Below are positions 1-10,222 of a stretch of 64,000 bases of DNA, piece by piece. The stretch's first letter is position 1. Each line of letters opens with the position of its first letter. Below the pieces are notes generated by a model, which had not been told where the DNA came from, ran no database searches, and saw only the letters and a list, made by a program, of their open reading frames with translations. Position numbers and translations under genes: made by a program. Source of the DNA: Christensenellaceae bacterium (GTDB lineage: Bacteria; Bacillota; Clostridia; Christensenellales; Borkfalkiaceae); assembly GCA_045598745.1 (NCBI GenBank), contig JAZLMT010000025.1, positions 2,062 through 66,061 of the forward strand. The letters run 5' to 3'.

Positions 1-567
1 TTTGTTTTTATCAAAAGAAACGCCTGTTAAGACTGCTGTTTTTGCACCTAGTTCAGTTAATTCTTTTAAAGTGCTTTTAATATAATCTTCGCTATAACCT
101 TCTGCAATATAAGGTTTATTAAGCATAAAAGAAGCTTCGGTAAGGTTAGGAACGATAATATCGGCATTTTTACACATTTTTGCCATATTTAAAGCAAATT
201 CTTGTGTAAAACCGGTATAAAGTTTTCCGTTATCAGCCATAACCGGGTCAACTAAAATAAAATTATCTTTTGTTTTAAAGTCTTTAAAAATCTTTTCAAC
301 AAGTTTAAGTTGTTCAAAAGAACCTAAATAACCGGTATAAATGCTATCAAAGGCAATTTTTTCTCTTTTCCAGTGTTCTGTGATAGGTGTGATGTCACTT
401 GTTAAATCTCTAAACGTAAAACCTTCTTTAAATTGTGTATGCGTAGAAAGAACTGCGGTAGGTAATACTGCAGTTTCAATGCCCATAGCAGAAATAATAG
501 GAAGTGCAACGGTAAGAGAACATTTGCCAACGCACGAAATATCTTGAATTGTTAAAACTTTTTTCAT
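1..567 (-). CDS. pdxK: pyridoxal/pyridoxamine kinase (ribokinase fold), N-terminal 189 aa; 3' end runs off the window
   Basis: Absent from the ORF track because it is open at the window edge. Reverse complement from ATG (565-567) reads MKKVLTIQDISCVGKCSLTVALPIISAMGIETAVLPTAVLSTHT...VDPVMADNGKLY, the typical N-terminus of Firmicute PdxK. AAGGAG lies upstream. Confidence 0.7.
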   Translation of the reverse strand, partial: MKKVLTIQDISCVGKCSLTVALPIISAMGIETAVLPTAVLSTHTQFKEGFTFRDLTSDITPITEHWKREKIAFDSIYTGYLGSFEQLKLVEKIFKDFKTKDNFILVDPVMADNGKLYTGFTQEFALNMAKMCKNADIIVPNLTEASFMLNKPYIAEGYSEDYIKSTLKELTELGAKTAVLTGVSFDKNK

Positions 568-704
568 ACTTCGATATTCTCCTTTTTTTACTAAAAAAAT
601 TTTATCACAAATGAAAAAAGATAGCAATTAAAATAAATATTATATTAAAAAATATTCTTGAAAAAAAAGCTAAAATATGTTAAAATAAATAAAAGGAATT
701 TATT

Positions 705-2945
705 ATGGACATCAAAGATATTTTAGCAAAACTTAATGAAGAGCAGATTAAACCTGTTATGGATACCGAAGGTGCAGTTTTGGTTATTGCGGGTGCAGGA
801 AGCGGAAAAACAAGGGTTCTGGTTAGCAGAATTCTTTATTTAATTATGGAAAAAAATATCGCTCCAAAAAACATTATGGCAATTACTTTTACGAACAAAG
901 CTGCCGAAGAAATGAAAGAGCGTTTAAAATCTTATTGCGGTGATTTGGGTGATATGTGGGTATCAACGATTCATAGTATGTGCGTTAAGATTTTAAGGCG
1001 TGATATAGATAAGTTGGGCTATGATAGAAATTTTAATATCTATGATGAGCAAGATAGAGATAGGGCAATTAAAAGGGCGTTTGAAGAACTTGATTTAGAT
1101 CAAGAAAAATTATTCAAAATTGCTAGAAATATGATAAGTGATGCGAAGAACGAGTGTTTGAATCCCGAAGAATTTAGAAAAGCGCAAAATAGCCTGCATT
1201 TTATTGACGATATTTATAACGTTTATGTTAGATATAATGCTATTTTAGAGCGTTCAAATGCACTTGATTTTGATGATTTATTATATAAAACGTATCAACT
1301 GTTTTGTGAATTCCCCGAAATAGCAGATTACTACGCAAACAAATTTCAGTATATCCATATTGACGAGTTTCAGGATACGAATAAGGTTCAATTTGCCATA
1401 GCGCAAAGACTATCGGTTACACACGGGAACATATTTGTCGTTGGTGATGACGATCAAAGTATTTACGGTTGGCGTGGTGCAAAAATAGAAAATATTTTGA
1501 ATTTTGATGATATTTATAGGGGCGCAAAAGTATATAAACTAGAGAGAAATTACCGTTCTACTAAAAAGATTTTATCACTTGCAAATTGTATTATCAAAAA
1601 TAATACGGGTAGAAGAGAAAAAGAACTTTGGACTGATAACGATGAAGGTGTTAAAATAGAAACTTTTGTCGGTGGTGATGAAAACAGTGAAGCATCATAT
1701 ATAGCAACGTCAATAAAAAATCTTATTGCCTTTTCAGGATATTCTTATAAAGATTTTGCTGTTTTTATGAGAGTCAATGCAATATCACGTGCAATAGAAC
1801 AAGAATTTACGAAGTATGCTATACCATATAAAATTTACGGCGGTTTTAAGTTCTTTGAAAGAAAAGAAATTAAAGACGTTTTATCTTATTTAAAAATTGT
1901 CAATAACACTTTAGATGACGAGGCGTTTTTAAGATGTATTTCATCGCCAAGGCGTGGAATAGGCGAAAAAACGCTTCAAGAATTAAAGGAATATGCAACT
2001 TTAAGATCTTTATCAATATATGATGCTATTGACTGGATAGATTCTACTTCAATTTCTTCGGGTGCTAAAACCAAACTTCATAATTTTAAGTCTTTATTAG
2101 AAAGTTTTATTGCTTTTTCAAAAACGTCTTCCGTTCCCGATCTTTTAGAACATATTATAGAAAAAACTTCTTTTTTAGAGCAGTTTAGCGAAAAAAGTGA
2201 AGAAAACGAAAGCAAAATAATGAACGTTAACGAACTAAAAAACTCTTGTTTAGAGTTTTCAAAGGTAAATATAGGTTCTGGTTTAGCAGATTATTTAAAT
2301 TCGGTAACGTTAAGTTCCGATACCGATGCTATAAACGACGGCGATGCCGTAACGGTCGCTACGATTCACTCGGCAAAGGGGCTTGAATATCCCGTTGTTT
2401 TTATAATGGGGTGTGAAGAGAAAATTCTTCCTATTCAAAGAAGTTACGGTGATGAAGACGAAATGGAAGAAGAAAGAAGGCTTATGTATGTTGCGATAAC
2501 TCGTGCAATGCAAAGGTTGTATATAACAAGGGCAATAAGCCGTTATATGTATGGTGGGCGTGAAAATATGCTTCCTTCCAGGTTTATCAAGGAAGGGCAA
2601 ACTATTTTGAATCCTAACGCAATGCTTAAGCAAGAGAATAATACTTATCAAGAGAGAAGGATTTATAATAATTATAGCGATTTTAGTGAAGAAAGAGATA
2701 TTTCTAATCCAACGGGTTATTCTTCGTCTTATGCAAAAACAATGTTAAACGACAATAAACCAAAGGAGCAAGCAAATAATTGTATTTTTAAGGCAAATAT
2801 GAAGGTTAAACATGCTAAATTCGGTGAAGGTATGGTTATTTTAGTTAAAGGTAGTGGAGATTCAACTGTGGTTGACGTAGCTTTTAAGAGTGTTGGAATA
2901 AAATCACTTGCGGTAAAATATGCACCATTGGAGATTATAAAATAA
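705..2945 (+). CDS. pcrA: ATP-dependent DNA helicase PcrA (UvrD/Rep superfamily 1)
   Basis: Walker A AGAGSGKT, DEFQDT, VGDDDQSIYGWRGA, YRST and TIHSAKGLEYPVVF motifs. C-terminal Tudor-like tail KHAKFGEGMV. Conserved pcrA-ligA pairing. Confidence 0.9.
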   Translation: MDIKDILAKLNEEQIKPVMDTEGAVLVIAGAGSGKTRVLVSRILYLIMEKNIAPKNIMAITFTNKAAEEMKERLKSYCGDLGDMWVSTIHSMCVKILRRDIDKLGYDRNFNIYDEQDRDRAIKRAFEELDLDQEKLFKIARNMISDAKNECLNPEEFRKAQNSLHFIDDIYNVYVRYNAILERSNALDFDDLLYKTYQLFCEFPEIADYYANKFQYIHIDEFQDTNKVQFAIAQRLSVTHGNIFVVGDDDQSIYGWRGAKIENILNFDDIYRGAKVYKLERNYRSTKKILSLANCIIKNNTGRREKELWTDNDEGVKIETFVGGDENSEASYIATSIKNLIAFSGYSYKDFAVFMRVNAISRAIEQEFTKYAIPYKIYGGFKFFERKEIKDVLSYLKIVNNTLDDEAFLRCISSPRRGIGEKTLQELKEYATLRSLSIYDAIDWIDSTSISSGAKTKLHNFKSLLESFIAFSKTSSVPDLLEHIIEKTSFLEQFSEKSEENESKIMNVNELKNSCLEFSKVNIGSGLADYLNSVTLSSDTDAINDGDAVTVATIHSAKGLEYPVVFIMGCEEKILPIQRSYGDEDEMEEERRLMYVAITRAMQRLYITRAISRYMYGGRENMLPSRFIKEGQTILNPNAMLKQENNTYQERRIYNNYSDFSEERDISNPTGYSSSYAKTMLNDNKPKEQANNCIFKANMKVKHAKFGEGMVILVKGSGDSTVVDVAFKSVGIKSLAVKYAPLEIIK

Positions 2946-4888
2946 TGGAAGACAGAATGAAATATTTGGTTGATACGTTGAATAGGTATGCCAAAGAATA
3001 TTATGTTTTAGATAATCCATCGGTTTCCGATATAGAATACGATAGGCTTTATGACGAATTGAAGAAATTAGAGAAGGAAACAGGTGTAGTTTTATTTGAT
3101 TCTCCAACAAAAAGGGTTGGTGGAGAGCCTATATCTTCATTTTCAAAACATGAACATATAAAGAAGTTATATAGTCTTGATAAAGCGACAACGGAAGAAG
3201 AATTAATTGCATTTGATAACAGAATCAGGAAGATAACACCCGACGCAGTATACACGATTGAATATAAGTTTGACGGGTTAACTATATGCTTGACGTATAA
3301 CGACGGTAAATTTGAAAGAGCAACTACACGTGGAAACGGTGTTGTCGGGGAAGACGTTACTGCCCAGGTTTTAACGATAAAAAGTTTTCCGCTTACTATT
3401 GAATATAGGGGGAGAGTAGAGGTTCAAGGTGAAGCGATAATTCGCCTTTCCGTTTTAGAAGAATATAATAAAACGGCAACAGAAATTTTGAAGAACGCAA
3501 GAAATGCCGTTGCCGGTGCTATAAGGAATTTGGACCCGAAAGTTACCGAATCAAGAAAGCCTGAAATTATGTTTTATAACGTAAATTATATGGAAAACGA
3601 AACAGTTTTTTCCCAAAGAGATTGTGTTAGGTTTTTGCGTGAAAACGGTTTTAAAGTTCATCCGTTTTTAAGGGTAGAGAAAGATTTGAACGGTGTTTTG
3701 TCTGCCATAAAAGAAATAGAAAACACTAGAAAAAATATGGATATTTTAACTGACGGTGCAGTTATAAAGGTTGATGATTTTAAGACGAGGGAAATTTTGG
3801 GCGCAACAGATAAATTTCCTCGTTGGGCAATCGCTTTTAAGTTTGAAGCCGAAGAAATTACTACGATTTTAAAAGAAGTTTTTTGGCAAGTCGGAAGAAC
3901 GGGAAAACTTACTCCGCTTGGCGCTTTAGAGCCTGTAGATTTAGCAGGTGCAACGGTTAAGAAAGCAACTCTAAATAACTATGGTGATATCATAAGAAAG
4001 AAGGTTAAAAACAATTCAAGGGTTTTAGTCAGAAGGTCAAACGAAGTAATACCTGAAATTTTGGGTGCAACAGAATATTTTGAAGATTCTTTTGATGTTG
4101 TTAAACCTACCGTTTGCCCTGATTGCGGAACAACTTTAATTGAAGTTGGTGCAAATCTTTTTTGCCCGAATATTCACTGTAGATCAAGGGTTGTTGCAAA
4201 ACTCACAAATTTCGCTTCAAAAAACGGCATGAATATTGACGGGTTTTCCGAAATGACTGTTGCAACATTATTTGATAAATTCGGTGTTGAAAACTTTAGT
4301 GATTTATATAGGCTAAACAGGGAAGAAATAATTGCACTTGAAGGGTTTAAAGATGCAAAAACAGATAACGTTTTAGCATCAATAGAAATATCAAAAGACG
4401 TTGACTTTAATAATTTTATTTATGCACTCGGAATAGAAAACGTTGGTAAAAAAACTGCAAAAGATTTGGCAAATTATTATAAGACGGTTGATGCATTATT
4501 GAATTGCACCGAAGAAGAACTTAAAAATATACCGGACGTCGGTGAAGTTATGGCAAAAGGAATATTTGATTATTTTCAAAACGAGCAAAACGTTAAAGAA
4601 ATAACAGACCTTTTGTTAGTTGGTGTTTGTCCGAAAGAAGTAGAACAAGCAAAAGGCGATATTTTTAAGGGTGAAAAGGTCGTTTTAACGGGAACTTTAA
4701 TGAATTTTAAGCGTGACGAAGCACAAAAAATCATTGAAAGTTTGGGTGGACAGGTTGTAGGAAGCGTATCAAAAAACACAACTCTTGTTTTAGCCGGTGA
4801 AAATGCCGGTTCAAAATTAGATAAGGCAAGAGAGTTAAATATAAAAATAATTGATGAAGAAATATTTATTTCTATGATAAAAAGTTGA
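2945..4888 (+). CDS. ligA: NAD-dependent DNA ligase
   Basis: Adenylation motif EYKFDG, Zn finger CPDCGTTL...CPNIHC, HhH region and C-terminal BRCT (KVVLTGTL...). Start overlaps the pcrA stop. Confidence 0.95.
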   Translation: MEDRMKYLVDTLNRYAKEYYVLDNPSVSDIEYDRLYDELKKLEKETGVVLFDSPTKRVGGEPISSFSKHEHIKKLYSLDKATTEEELIAFDNRIRKITPDAVYTIEYKFDGLTICLTYNDGKFERATTRGNGVVGEDVTAQVLTIKSFPLTIEYRGRVEVQGEAIIRLSVLEEYNKTATEILKNARNAVAGAIRNLDPKVTESRKPEIMFYNVNYMENETVFSQRDCVRFLRENGFKVHPFLRVEKDLNGVLSAIKEIENTRKNMDILTDGAVIKVDDFKTREILGATDKFPRWAIAFKFEAEEITTILKEVFWQVGRTGKLTPLGALEPVDLAGATVKKATLNNYGDIIRKKVKNNSRVLVRRSNEVIPEILGATEYFEDSFDVVKPTVCPDCGTTLIEVGANLFCPNIHCRSRVVAKLTNFASKNGMNIDGFSEMTVATLFDKFGVENFSDLYRLNREEIIALEGFKDAKTDNVLASIEISKDVDFNNFIYALGIENVGKKTAKDLANYYKTVDALLNCTEEELKNIPDVGEVMAKGIFDYFQNEQNVKEITDLLLVGVCPKEVEQAKGDIFKGEKVVLTGTLMNFKRDEAQKIIESLGGQVVGSVSKNTTLVLAGENAGSKLDKARELNIKIIDEEIFISMIKS

Positions 4889-4942
4889 AATATTTTATTT
4901 TATATGATAAAATAATATATAATTTTTCGGAGGTAGTTGTTT

Positions 4943-5812
4943 ATGTCTAGTATGACAGGCTATGGAAAGGCAGAATATTGTGAAAACGGGCTTACTTTGA
5001 TTGTAGAGATGAAGACGGTAAACAACCGCACTTTAGATTTAAATACAAAAGTTCCACGTTCTTTTATTGCTTATGAAGATTTGATAAGGAAAACCGTTTC
5101 CGAATACGTTAAACGTGGTAGGGTTGATTTATTTATAACTTTCATAGATAACAGGGAAAAAGAGAGCCAACTTGACGTTGATTTTGAAAAGGCAGAAAGT
5201 TATTATAAAGCATCAAATCAAATTGCAGAAAAACTCGGGTTAAATAACGATATAACCGTTTCTTCAATAATGCGCCTTCCGGACGTTGTTACCGACAATA
5301 CTCTTACAGACGTTTCAGATATTGAAAGTATTTTGAAAGAAACTTTGATAAATTGCCTGAATAAACTTAACGAAATGCGTAAAATTGAAGGTGAAAAGCT
5401 TGTTTGTGATATGCTTAAGCGTATAGAAACGATTAAAGATTTAAGGCAAAAAATTGTTTTAAGGGCACCGTTAGTTGTCAGTGATTATAAAGCAAAACTA
5501 AAGGAAAGGATTTTGGAAGCTTTAAACGGCGTTGAATTAGACGAAGCAAGGCTACTTAACGAGGTTGCTTTTTATACCGATAAAGTTAATATTGACGAGG
5601 AATTGACAAGGCTCAATTCACATATCAATCAATTTACCGAAATTGTTAAGCAAGAAGGTTCCGGGAAAAAATTAGACTTTTTAATGCAAGAATTTAATCG
5701 TGAAACAAACACAATTTGTTCAAAATCAAACGATATAGAAGTTACAAATTATGCACTTTCACTTAAAAACGAGATAGAAAAAATAAGAGAGCAGGTTCAG
5801 AATTTAGAGTAA
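4943..5812 (+). CDS. YicC/YloC family stress-induced protein (endoribonuclease family)
   Basis: MTGYGKAE N-terminus and C-terminal LDFLMQEFNRETNTICSKS motif typical of the YicC family. ATG at 4943 sits 9 nt after GGAGG, so it is preferred over the track's TTG at 4937. Confidence 0.8.
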   Translation: MSSMTGYGKAEYCENGLTLIVEMKTVNNRTLDLNTKVPRSFIAYEDLIRKTVSEYVKRGRVDLFITFIDNREKESQLDVDFEKAESYYKASNQIAEKLGLNNDITVSSIMRLPDVVTDNTLTDVSDIESILKETLINCLNKLNEMRKIEGEKLVCDMLKRIETIKDLRQKIVLRAPLVVSDYKAKLKERILEALNGVELDEARLLNEVAFYTDKVNIDEELTRLNSHINQFTEIVKQEGSGKKLDFLMQEFNRETNTICSKSNDIEVTNYALSLKNEIEKIREQVQNLE

Positions 5813-6369
5813 TGAAAAACTTATTGGTTGTTTTATCCGGTCCGTCAGGCGTTGGAAAGGGAACAATAGCAAAACTTCTTGTTGATAGAGATAATTTTGC
5901 ATTAAGTATTTCTTGCACTACAAGAAGCCCAAGAGAAAACGAACAAGACGGAAGAGAATATTTTTTCATAAAAAAGCAAGATTTTATTGATAGAATCAAT
6001 AATAAAGGATTTTTAGAATATTCCGAACATTTTGAAAATTATTACGGAACTCCTAAAGATTTCGTTTTGGAAAAATTAAAAGGGCAAGACGTTTTGCTTG
6101 AAATTGACGTGAACGGCGGGCTACAAGTTAAAAAGAATTATCCCGAAGCGGTTTTGATTATGATTGCACCGCCATCAAAAGAAGAAGTTAAAAGAAGGTT
6201 AATTAATAGAAATACCGAAAGCCTTGAAAAAATAGAAGAAAGATTATCAAGAATTGATTACGAGCTTGGAAAATCAAGTGAATACGATTATACGGTAATA
6301 AACGGAAATCTTACGGCGTGTGTTTGTGAGATTGAAGAAATTATAAATAAAGAAAAATTATCTAGGTAA
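5812..6369 (+). CDS. gmk: guanylate kinase
   Basis: P-loop SGPSGVGKGT, TTRSPRENEQDGREYFF and YYGTP motifs. Conserved yicC-gmk-rpoZ order. Confidence 0.9.
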   Translation: MKNLLVVLSGPSGVGKGTIAKLLVDRDNFALSISCTTRSPRENEQDGREYFFIKKQDFIDRINNKGFLEYSEHFENYYGTPKDFVLEKLKGQDVLLEIDVNGGLQVKKNYPEAVLIMIAPPSKEEVKRRLINRNTESLEKIEERLSRIDYELGKSSEYDYTVINGNLTACVCEIEEIINKEKLSR

Positions 6370-6383
6370 AAGGAGAATAGAAT

Positions 6384-6587
6384 ATGATACATCAACCACC
6401 GATTGACGATTTGGCAAAAAAAGTAGGTTCAAAATACGCATTATGCGTAGTTGCAAGTAAAAGAGCAAGACAAATAATGGAAACGACCATGAATCAAGGT
6501 TTAACAGATCTTCCAAACGGTGAAAAACCATTGTCAATTGCAGCAAAAGAAATACAAGACGGCAAGTTAGTTGCTACAAACGACTAA
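6384..6587 (+). CDS. rpoZ: DNA-directed RNA polymerase subunit omega
   Basis: 67 aa. Contains SKYALCVVASKRARQI, the typical RpoZ core. Sits directly after gmk. Confidence 0.85.
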   Translation: MIHQPPIDDLAKKVGSKYALCVVASKRARQIMETTMNQGLTDLPNGEKPLSIAAKEIQDGKLVATND

Positions 6588-6591
6588 TTAA

Positions 6592-6620
6592 AAGCCCATC
6601 TTTTTGATGGGCTTTTTCTT
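6592..6620 (+). terminator. rho-independent terminator after rpoZ
   Basis: AAGCCCATC-TTTTT-GATGGGCTT followed by a T-run. Confidence 0.7.
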
Positions 6621-6639
6621 TAATTTTTACTTTTTACAA

Positions 6640-8838
6640 ATGTTTGCAGACGTCATAGTAGATATAACGAACGCCAACGTAGATAAGGTGTTTGAATATT
6701 ATTTTTCCGACTCACAAATAACTTTAGGTAGTCGGGTTATAGTGCCTTTTGGTAAAACTTACATAGAAGGCATTGTTATTGGCGTTAAAGAAAAAAGTGA
6801 ATATGATAAAAGCAAAATAAAACCGATATCAAGGCTTATAGAAGATACACCGGCTTTGACGAAAGAGATGGTATCTCTTATGCAATATATGTGTGATAGT
6901 TATTATATAACTAAAGCGCAAGCCTTGCGTTTGTTTTTGCCTAGCGAAATGCGAAAGGGTAAGGTTAAAGAAAAATTAAAAAAATATATAAATTTAACTG
7001 AAAATATCACGTTAGAAATTGCTTTAGAAGGCATAAGAAAATCTGCAATAAAGCAAATTGAACTTATAAACTTTATTTTTGAAAATAAAAAATGCAAAGT
7101 TTCCGAAGCGAACGAAAAGTTTTCTAACAGTGCTGTTAAATCAATTATAGATAAAGGTATAGTCTACGTAACGGAAGAACAAGAATTGCGTTCTCCTTAT
7201 AAAGATTTGCCGGTTTTAGAAAAAGACGTAACGTTAACTGAAAAACAAAAATTTGCAGTAAACAGCGTTAAGTCAACAGATAAACAAATAACTCTTTTAT
7301 ACGGCGTTACCGGTAGCGGAAAGACGGAAGTATATTTGAATTTAATAAGCGATACGATAAAAAGCGGTAAAACGGCAATAATGCTTGTCCCAGAAATTTC
7401 GTTAACACCGCAAATGCTTCGTCAATTACGTTCAAGGTTTGGAACGCTTGCCGCAATATTACACAGCGGGCTATCAAGTGGCGAACGCTTTGACGAGTGG
7501 TGGAGGCTTCGCAACGGTGAAGCGAAAATCGCAATCGGTGCAAGAAGTGCTATTTTTGCTCCGCTTGAAAATGTGGGTATAATTATAATTGACGAAGAGC
7601 ATGACGGAAGTTATACGAGTGAAACCAATCCCAGATATAATACGATAGACGTTGCAACTTTTCGTGCAAACCACTGTTCTTCAAAAATTGTTATAGGCAG
7701 TGCAACACCGCAAATCGGTAGTTTTTATAATGCGCAAAACGGATTGTATAATTTAATAACTCTTCCTGAAAGAATAAATAAAAAACCGTTGCCTGAAATA
7801 GAAATAGCAGATATGAGAAAGGAAGTAAGGCGTGGCAATAATTCTCCGTTTTCTTCAGCTTTAAAAGAAGAAATACAAAACTGTTTAGATAACGGAAATC
7901 AAGCAATAATATTCTTAAATCAACGTGGCTATTCAAAGACCGTTATCTGCACGGAATGTGGGCACGTTCAAAAATGTTCCGCCTGTGACGTTTCACTAAC
8001 GTATCACATGGAAGAAGATGCTCTTTTATGCCATTATTGTGGCGCAAAATATAAGATGATTGACGCTTGTACCGAGTGTGGTAGCACTTTTTTGCAATAC
8101 GGCGGTTTTGGAACCGAAAGGGTTGTTCACGAATTAAAAAAGCTTTTTCCAACGGCAAAAATTTTAAGAATGGATAGAGATACCACCCAAAATAAAGAAG
8201 GGCATTTTAAGATTTTAAATGATTTTTCTGAAAAAAAAGCGGATATTTTGGTTGGAACACAAATGATAGCGAAGGGGCATGATTTTCCTTCGGTAACACT
8301 TGTCGGAATTTTAGATGCTGATATGAGTTTGCACTTTTCCGATTACCGAAGCGGAGAGAGAACTTTCCAACTTTTAACACAGGTTGCGGGAAGATGCGGT
8401 AGAGCCGAAAAGAGTGGAAAGGTTGTGCTTCAAACGTATTCGCCTGATAATTTAGTGCTAAATTTGGCGATAAGGTATGATTACGAGGGCTTTTATAATC
8501 ACGAAGTTTCGGTAAGAAAAGCGACGGGTTTTCCGCCTTTTGCCGATATTGTTCGTATTTTGGTTAAAAGCTTAAACGAAGAAAAGGCAATAGAATGCAC
8601 TAAATCAATTTTTAATGAAGTTAGTGAAATTTTTAATAGAGAAAAAGGTAAATTTAAGTTTTTCGGGTGCATGAAAGCACCGCTTAAAAAGATAGAAAAT
8701 CAATTTAGATTTCAAGTTTTAATGAGAATTGATAGCGGAAACAAAAAGCTTATTGACGAAATTTATTATAAATCAATAAAATACAATTTCGGTCAAATCA
8801 GTTTATCATTTGAAATGAATCCAAATAATTTAACATAG
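6640..8838 (+). CDS. priA: primosomal protein N' (replication restart helicase PriA)
   Basis: Walker A GVTGSGKT, DEEHD box, Cys-rich Zn region CTECGHVQKCSACDVSLTYH...CHYCG...CTECG. Start moved to ATG 6640 because the track's upstream extension runs through the rpoZ terminator. Confidence 0.9.
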   Translation: MFADVIVDITNANVDKVFEYYFSDSQITLGSRVIVPFGKTYIEGIVIGVKEKSEYDKSKIKPISRLIEDTPALTKEMVSLMQYMCDSYYITKAQALRLFLPSEMRKGKVKEKLKKYINLTENITLEIALEGIRKSAIKQIELINFIFENKKCKVSEANEKFSNSAVKSIIDKGIVYVTEEQELRSPYKDLPVLEKDVTLTEKQKFAVNSVKSTDKQITLLYGVTGSGKTEVYLNLISDTIKSGKTAIMLVPEISLTPQMLRQLRSRFGTLAAILHSGLSSGERFDEWWRLRNGEAKIAIGARSAIFAPLENVGIIIIDEEHDGSYTSETNPRYNTIDVATFRANHCSSKIVIGSATPQIGSFYNAQNGLYNLITLPERINKKPLPEIEIADMRKEVRRGNNSPFSSALKEEIQNCLDNGNQAIIFLNQRGYSKTVICTECGHVQKCSACDVSLTYHMEEDALLCHYCGAKYKMIDACTECGSTFLQYGGFGTERVVHELKKLFPTAKILRMDRDTTQNKEGHFKILNDFSEKKADILVGTQMIAKGHDFPSVTLVGILDADMSLHFSDYRSGERTFQLLTQVAGRCGRAEKSGKVVLQTYSPDNLVLNLAIRYDYEGFYNHEVSVRKATGFPPFADIVRILVKSLNEEKAIECTKSIFNEVSEIFNREKGKFKFFGCMKAPLKKIENQFRFQVLMRIDSGNKKLIDEIYYKSIKYNFGQISLSFEMNPNNLT

Positions 8839-8845
8839 GTGAAAA

Positions 8846-9298
8846 ATGGCTATAAGAAATGTTATTCAAGTTGGCGATCCAACGTTAAGAAAAAAATCTT
8901 TTGAAGTTACAGATTTCGGTGAAAGAACTAAACAACTTTTAGACGATATGAAGGAAACTTTAATGCATGAAAACGGCGCAGGGCTTGCTGCTCCGCAAGT
9001 TGGTATTTTAAGAAGAATTTTCGTTGTTTACGTAGATGACAAATATTACGAATGTATAAATCCGCAAATAATAAAAACGAGTGGTAAACAAGTCGGCGAA
9101 GAAGGTTGTTTATCCGTAAAGGGAAAGTGTGGCGTCGTTGAAAGGCCGAATAAAGTTACGGTTATTGCTTTTGACAGAAACGGAAAGAAATTTAAAGTTA
9201 ATGCCGAAGGATTTATGGCAAGGGCTTTTTTACATGAAAACGACCATTTGGACGGAATTTTATATATAGATAAAGCGAGTAGCATAAAGGAGGGATAA
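8846..9298 (+). CDS. def: peptide deformylase
   Basis: GAGLAAPQVG, EGCLS and HENDHLDG metal-binding motifs. Confidence 0.9.
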   Translation: MAIRNVIQVGDPTLRKKSFEVTDFGERTKQLLDDMKETLMHENGAGLAAPQVGILRRIFVVYVDDKYYECINPQIIKTSGKQVGEEGCLSVKGKCGVVERPNKVTVIAFDRNGKKFKVNAEGFMARAFLHENDHLDGILYIDKASSIKEG

Positions 9299-10222
9299 AT
9301 GAGGATTGTTTATTTAGGGACGCCTGATTTTGCAGTAAAACCGCTTGAAAAATTGATAGAAAACGCTGAAAATATCGTTGCAGTTATAACAAACAACGAT
9401 AAACCTGTTGGAAGAAAACAGGTTATTACCGCATGTCCCGTTAAACAATACGCACTTTCAAAAGGTATTCCTGTATATTCTTATGATAAAATTAGAATAG
9501 AAGGCGTTTCAGATCTAAAATCGTTAAAGCCCGATTTGATGATAACGTGTGCTTTCGGGCAAATTTTATCTCAAGAGATTTTGGATATTCCTTCACTTTA
9601 TACGTTAAATATTCACGCTTCGCTTTTACCTAAATATAGGGGCGCATCACCGATTCATTTTGCTATTTTAAACGGCGAGACAAAAACGGGCGTTACGATA
9701 ATGAAGACTGATGCCGGTATTGATACAGGCGATATGCTTATTTCAAAAGAAGTTGATATAAAAGATAACGAAACAATGGGCGAGTTGTTTGAAAAACTGT
9801 CTAATATCGGGGCAGATTTGATTATTGATGCGCTTAAACTTGTAAAAGAAGGAAAAACAAACTTTATAAAACAAGATGAAAAAGTGGCAACCTTTTCTAA
9901 AATAATAAAGAAAGAAATGGCTAAAATTGACTGGTCAAAAAAGAATTACGAAATTGTAAATCAAATTCGTGCTTTTAACCCTTCACCGATAGCGTATACC
10001 TTTTTAGGTGGCGAACCTTTTAAGATATATTCTGCTGTTTGTGATGACAGGTGCGGTAAAATAGGTGAAGTTATAGAAAACGAAAAAGAACTTGTTATAG
10101 CAACGGGCTTTAATAGTATATCTCTTAAAAAGGTGCAAAAATCAGGTGGTAAACCACTTGATATAGGTGATTTTTTAAGGGGAAACAAAATAGAAAAAGG
10201 TTTTATTTTTAACAATGATTAA
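9299..10222 (+). CDS. fmt: methionyl-tRNA formyltransferase
   Basis: NIHASLLPKYRGASPI motif. def-fmt adjacency. Confidence 0.9.
   Translation: MRIVYLGTPDFAVKPLEKLIENAENIVAVITNNDKPVGRKQVITACPVKQYALSKGIPVYSYDKIRIEGVSDLKSLKPDLMITCAFGQILSQEILDIPSLYTLNIHASLLPKYRGASPIHFAILNGETKTGVTIMKTDAGIDTGDMLISKEVDIKDNETMGELFEKLSNIGADLIIDALKLVKEGKTNFIKQDEKVATFSKIIKKEMAKIDWSKKNYEIVNQIRAFNPSPIAYTFLGGEPFKIYSAVCDDRCGKIGEVIENEKELVIATGFNSISLKKVQKSGGKPLDIGDFLRGNKIEKGFIFNND

Noticed and set aside
341-547. 68-aa + strand ORF.
   Set aside because: It lies entirely antisense to the well-supported pdxK coding sequence, and I see no RBS or recognisable family.
2310-2651. 113-aa minus-strand ORF inside pcrA. The same applies to the other antisense ORFs in the track, e.g. 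12794-13123, 14835-15170, 16083-16388, 39248-39619, 40371-40688, 40950-41258, 45634-45918 and 59264-59593.
   Set aside because: All are embedded antisense in genes with strong family motifs. Long antisense ORFs are expected by chance here. None shows an RBS or recognisable motifs.
6604-6639. Track extension of priA (MMGFFFNFYFLQ).
   Set aside because: It overlaps the rpoZ terminator hairpin and T-run. ATG 6640 gives the conserved PriA N-terminus (MFADVIVD...).
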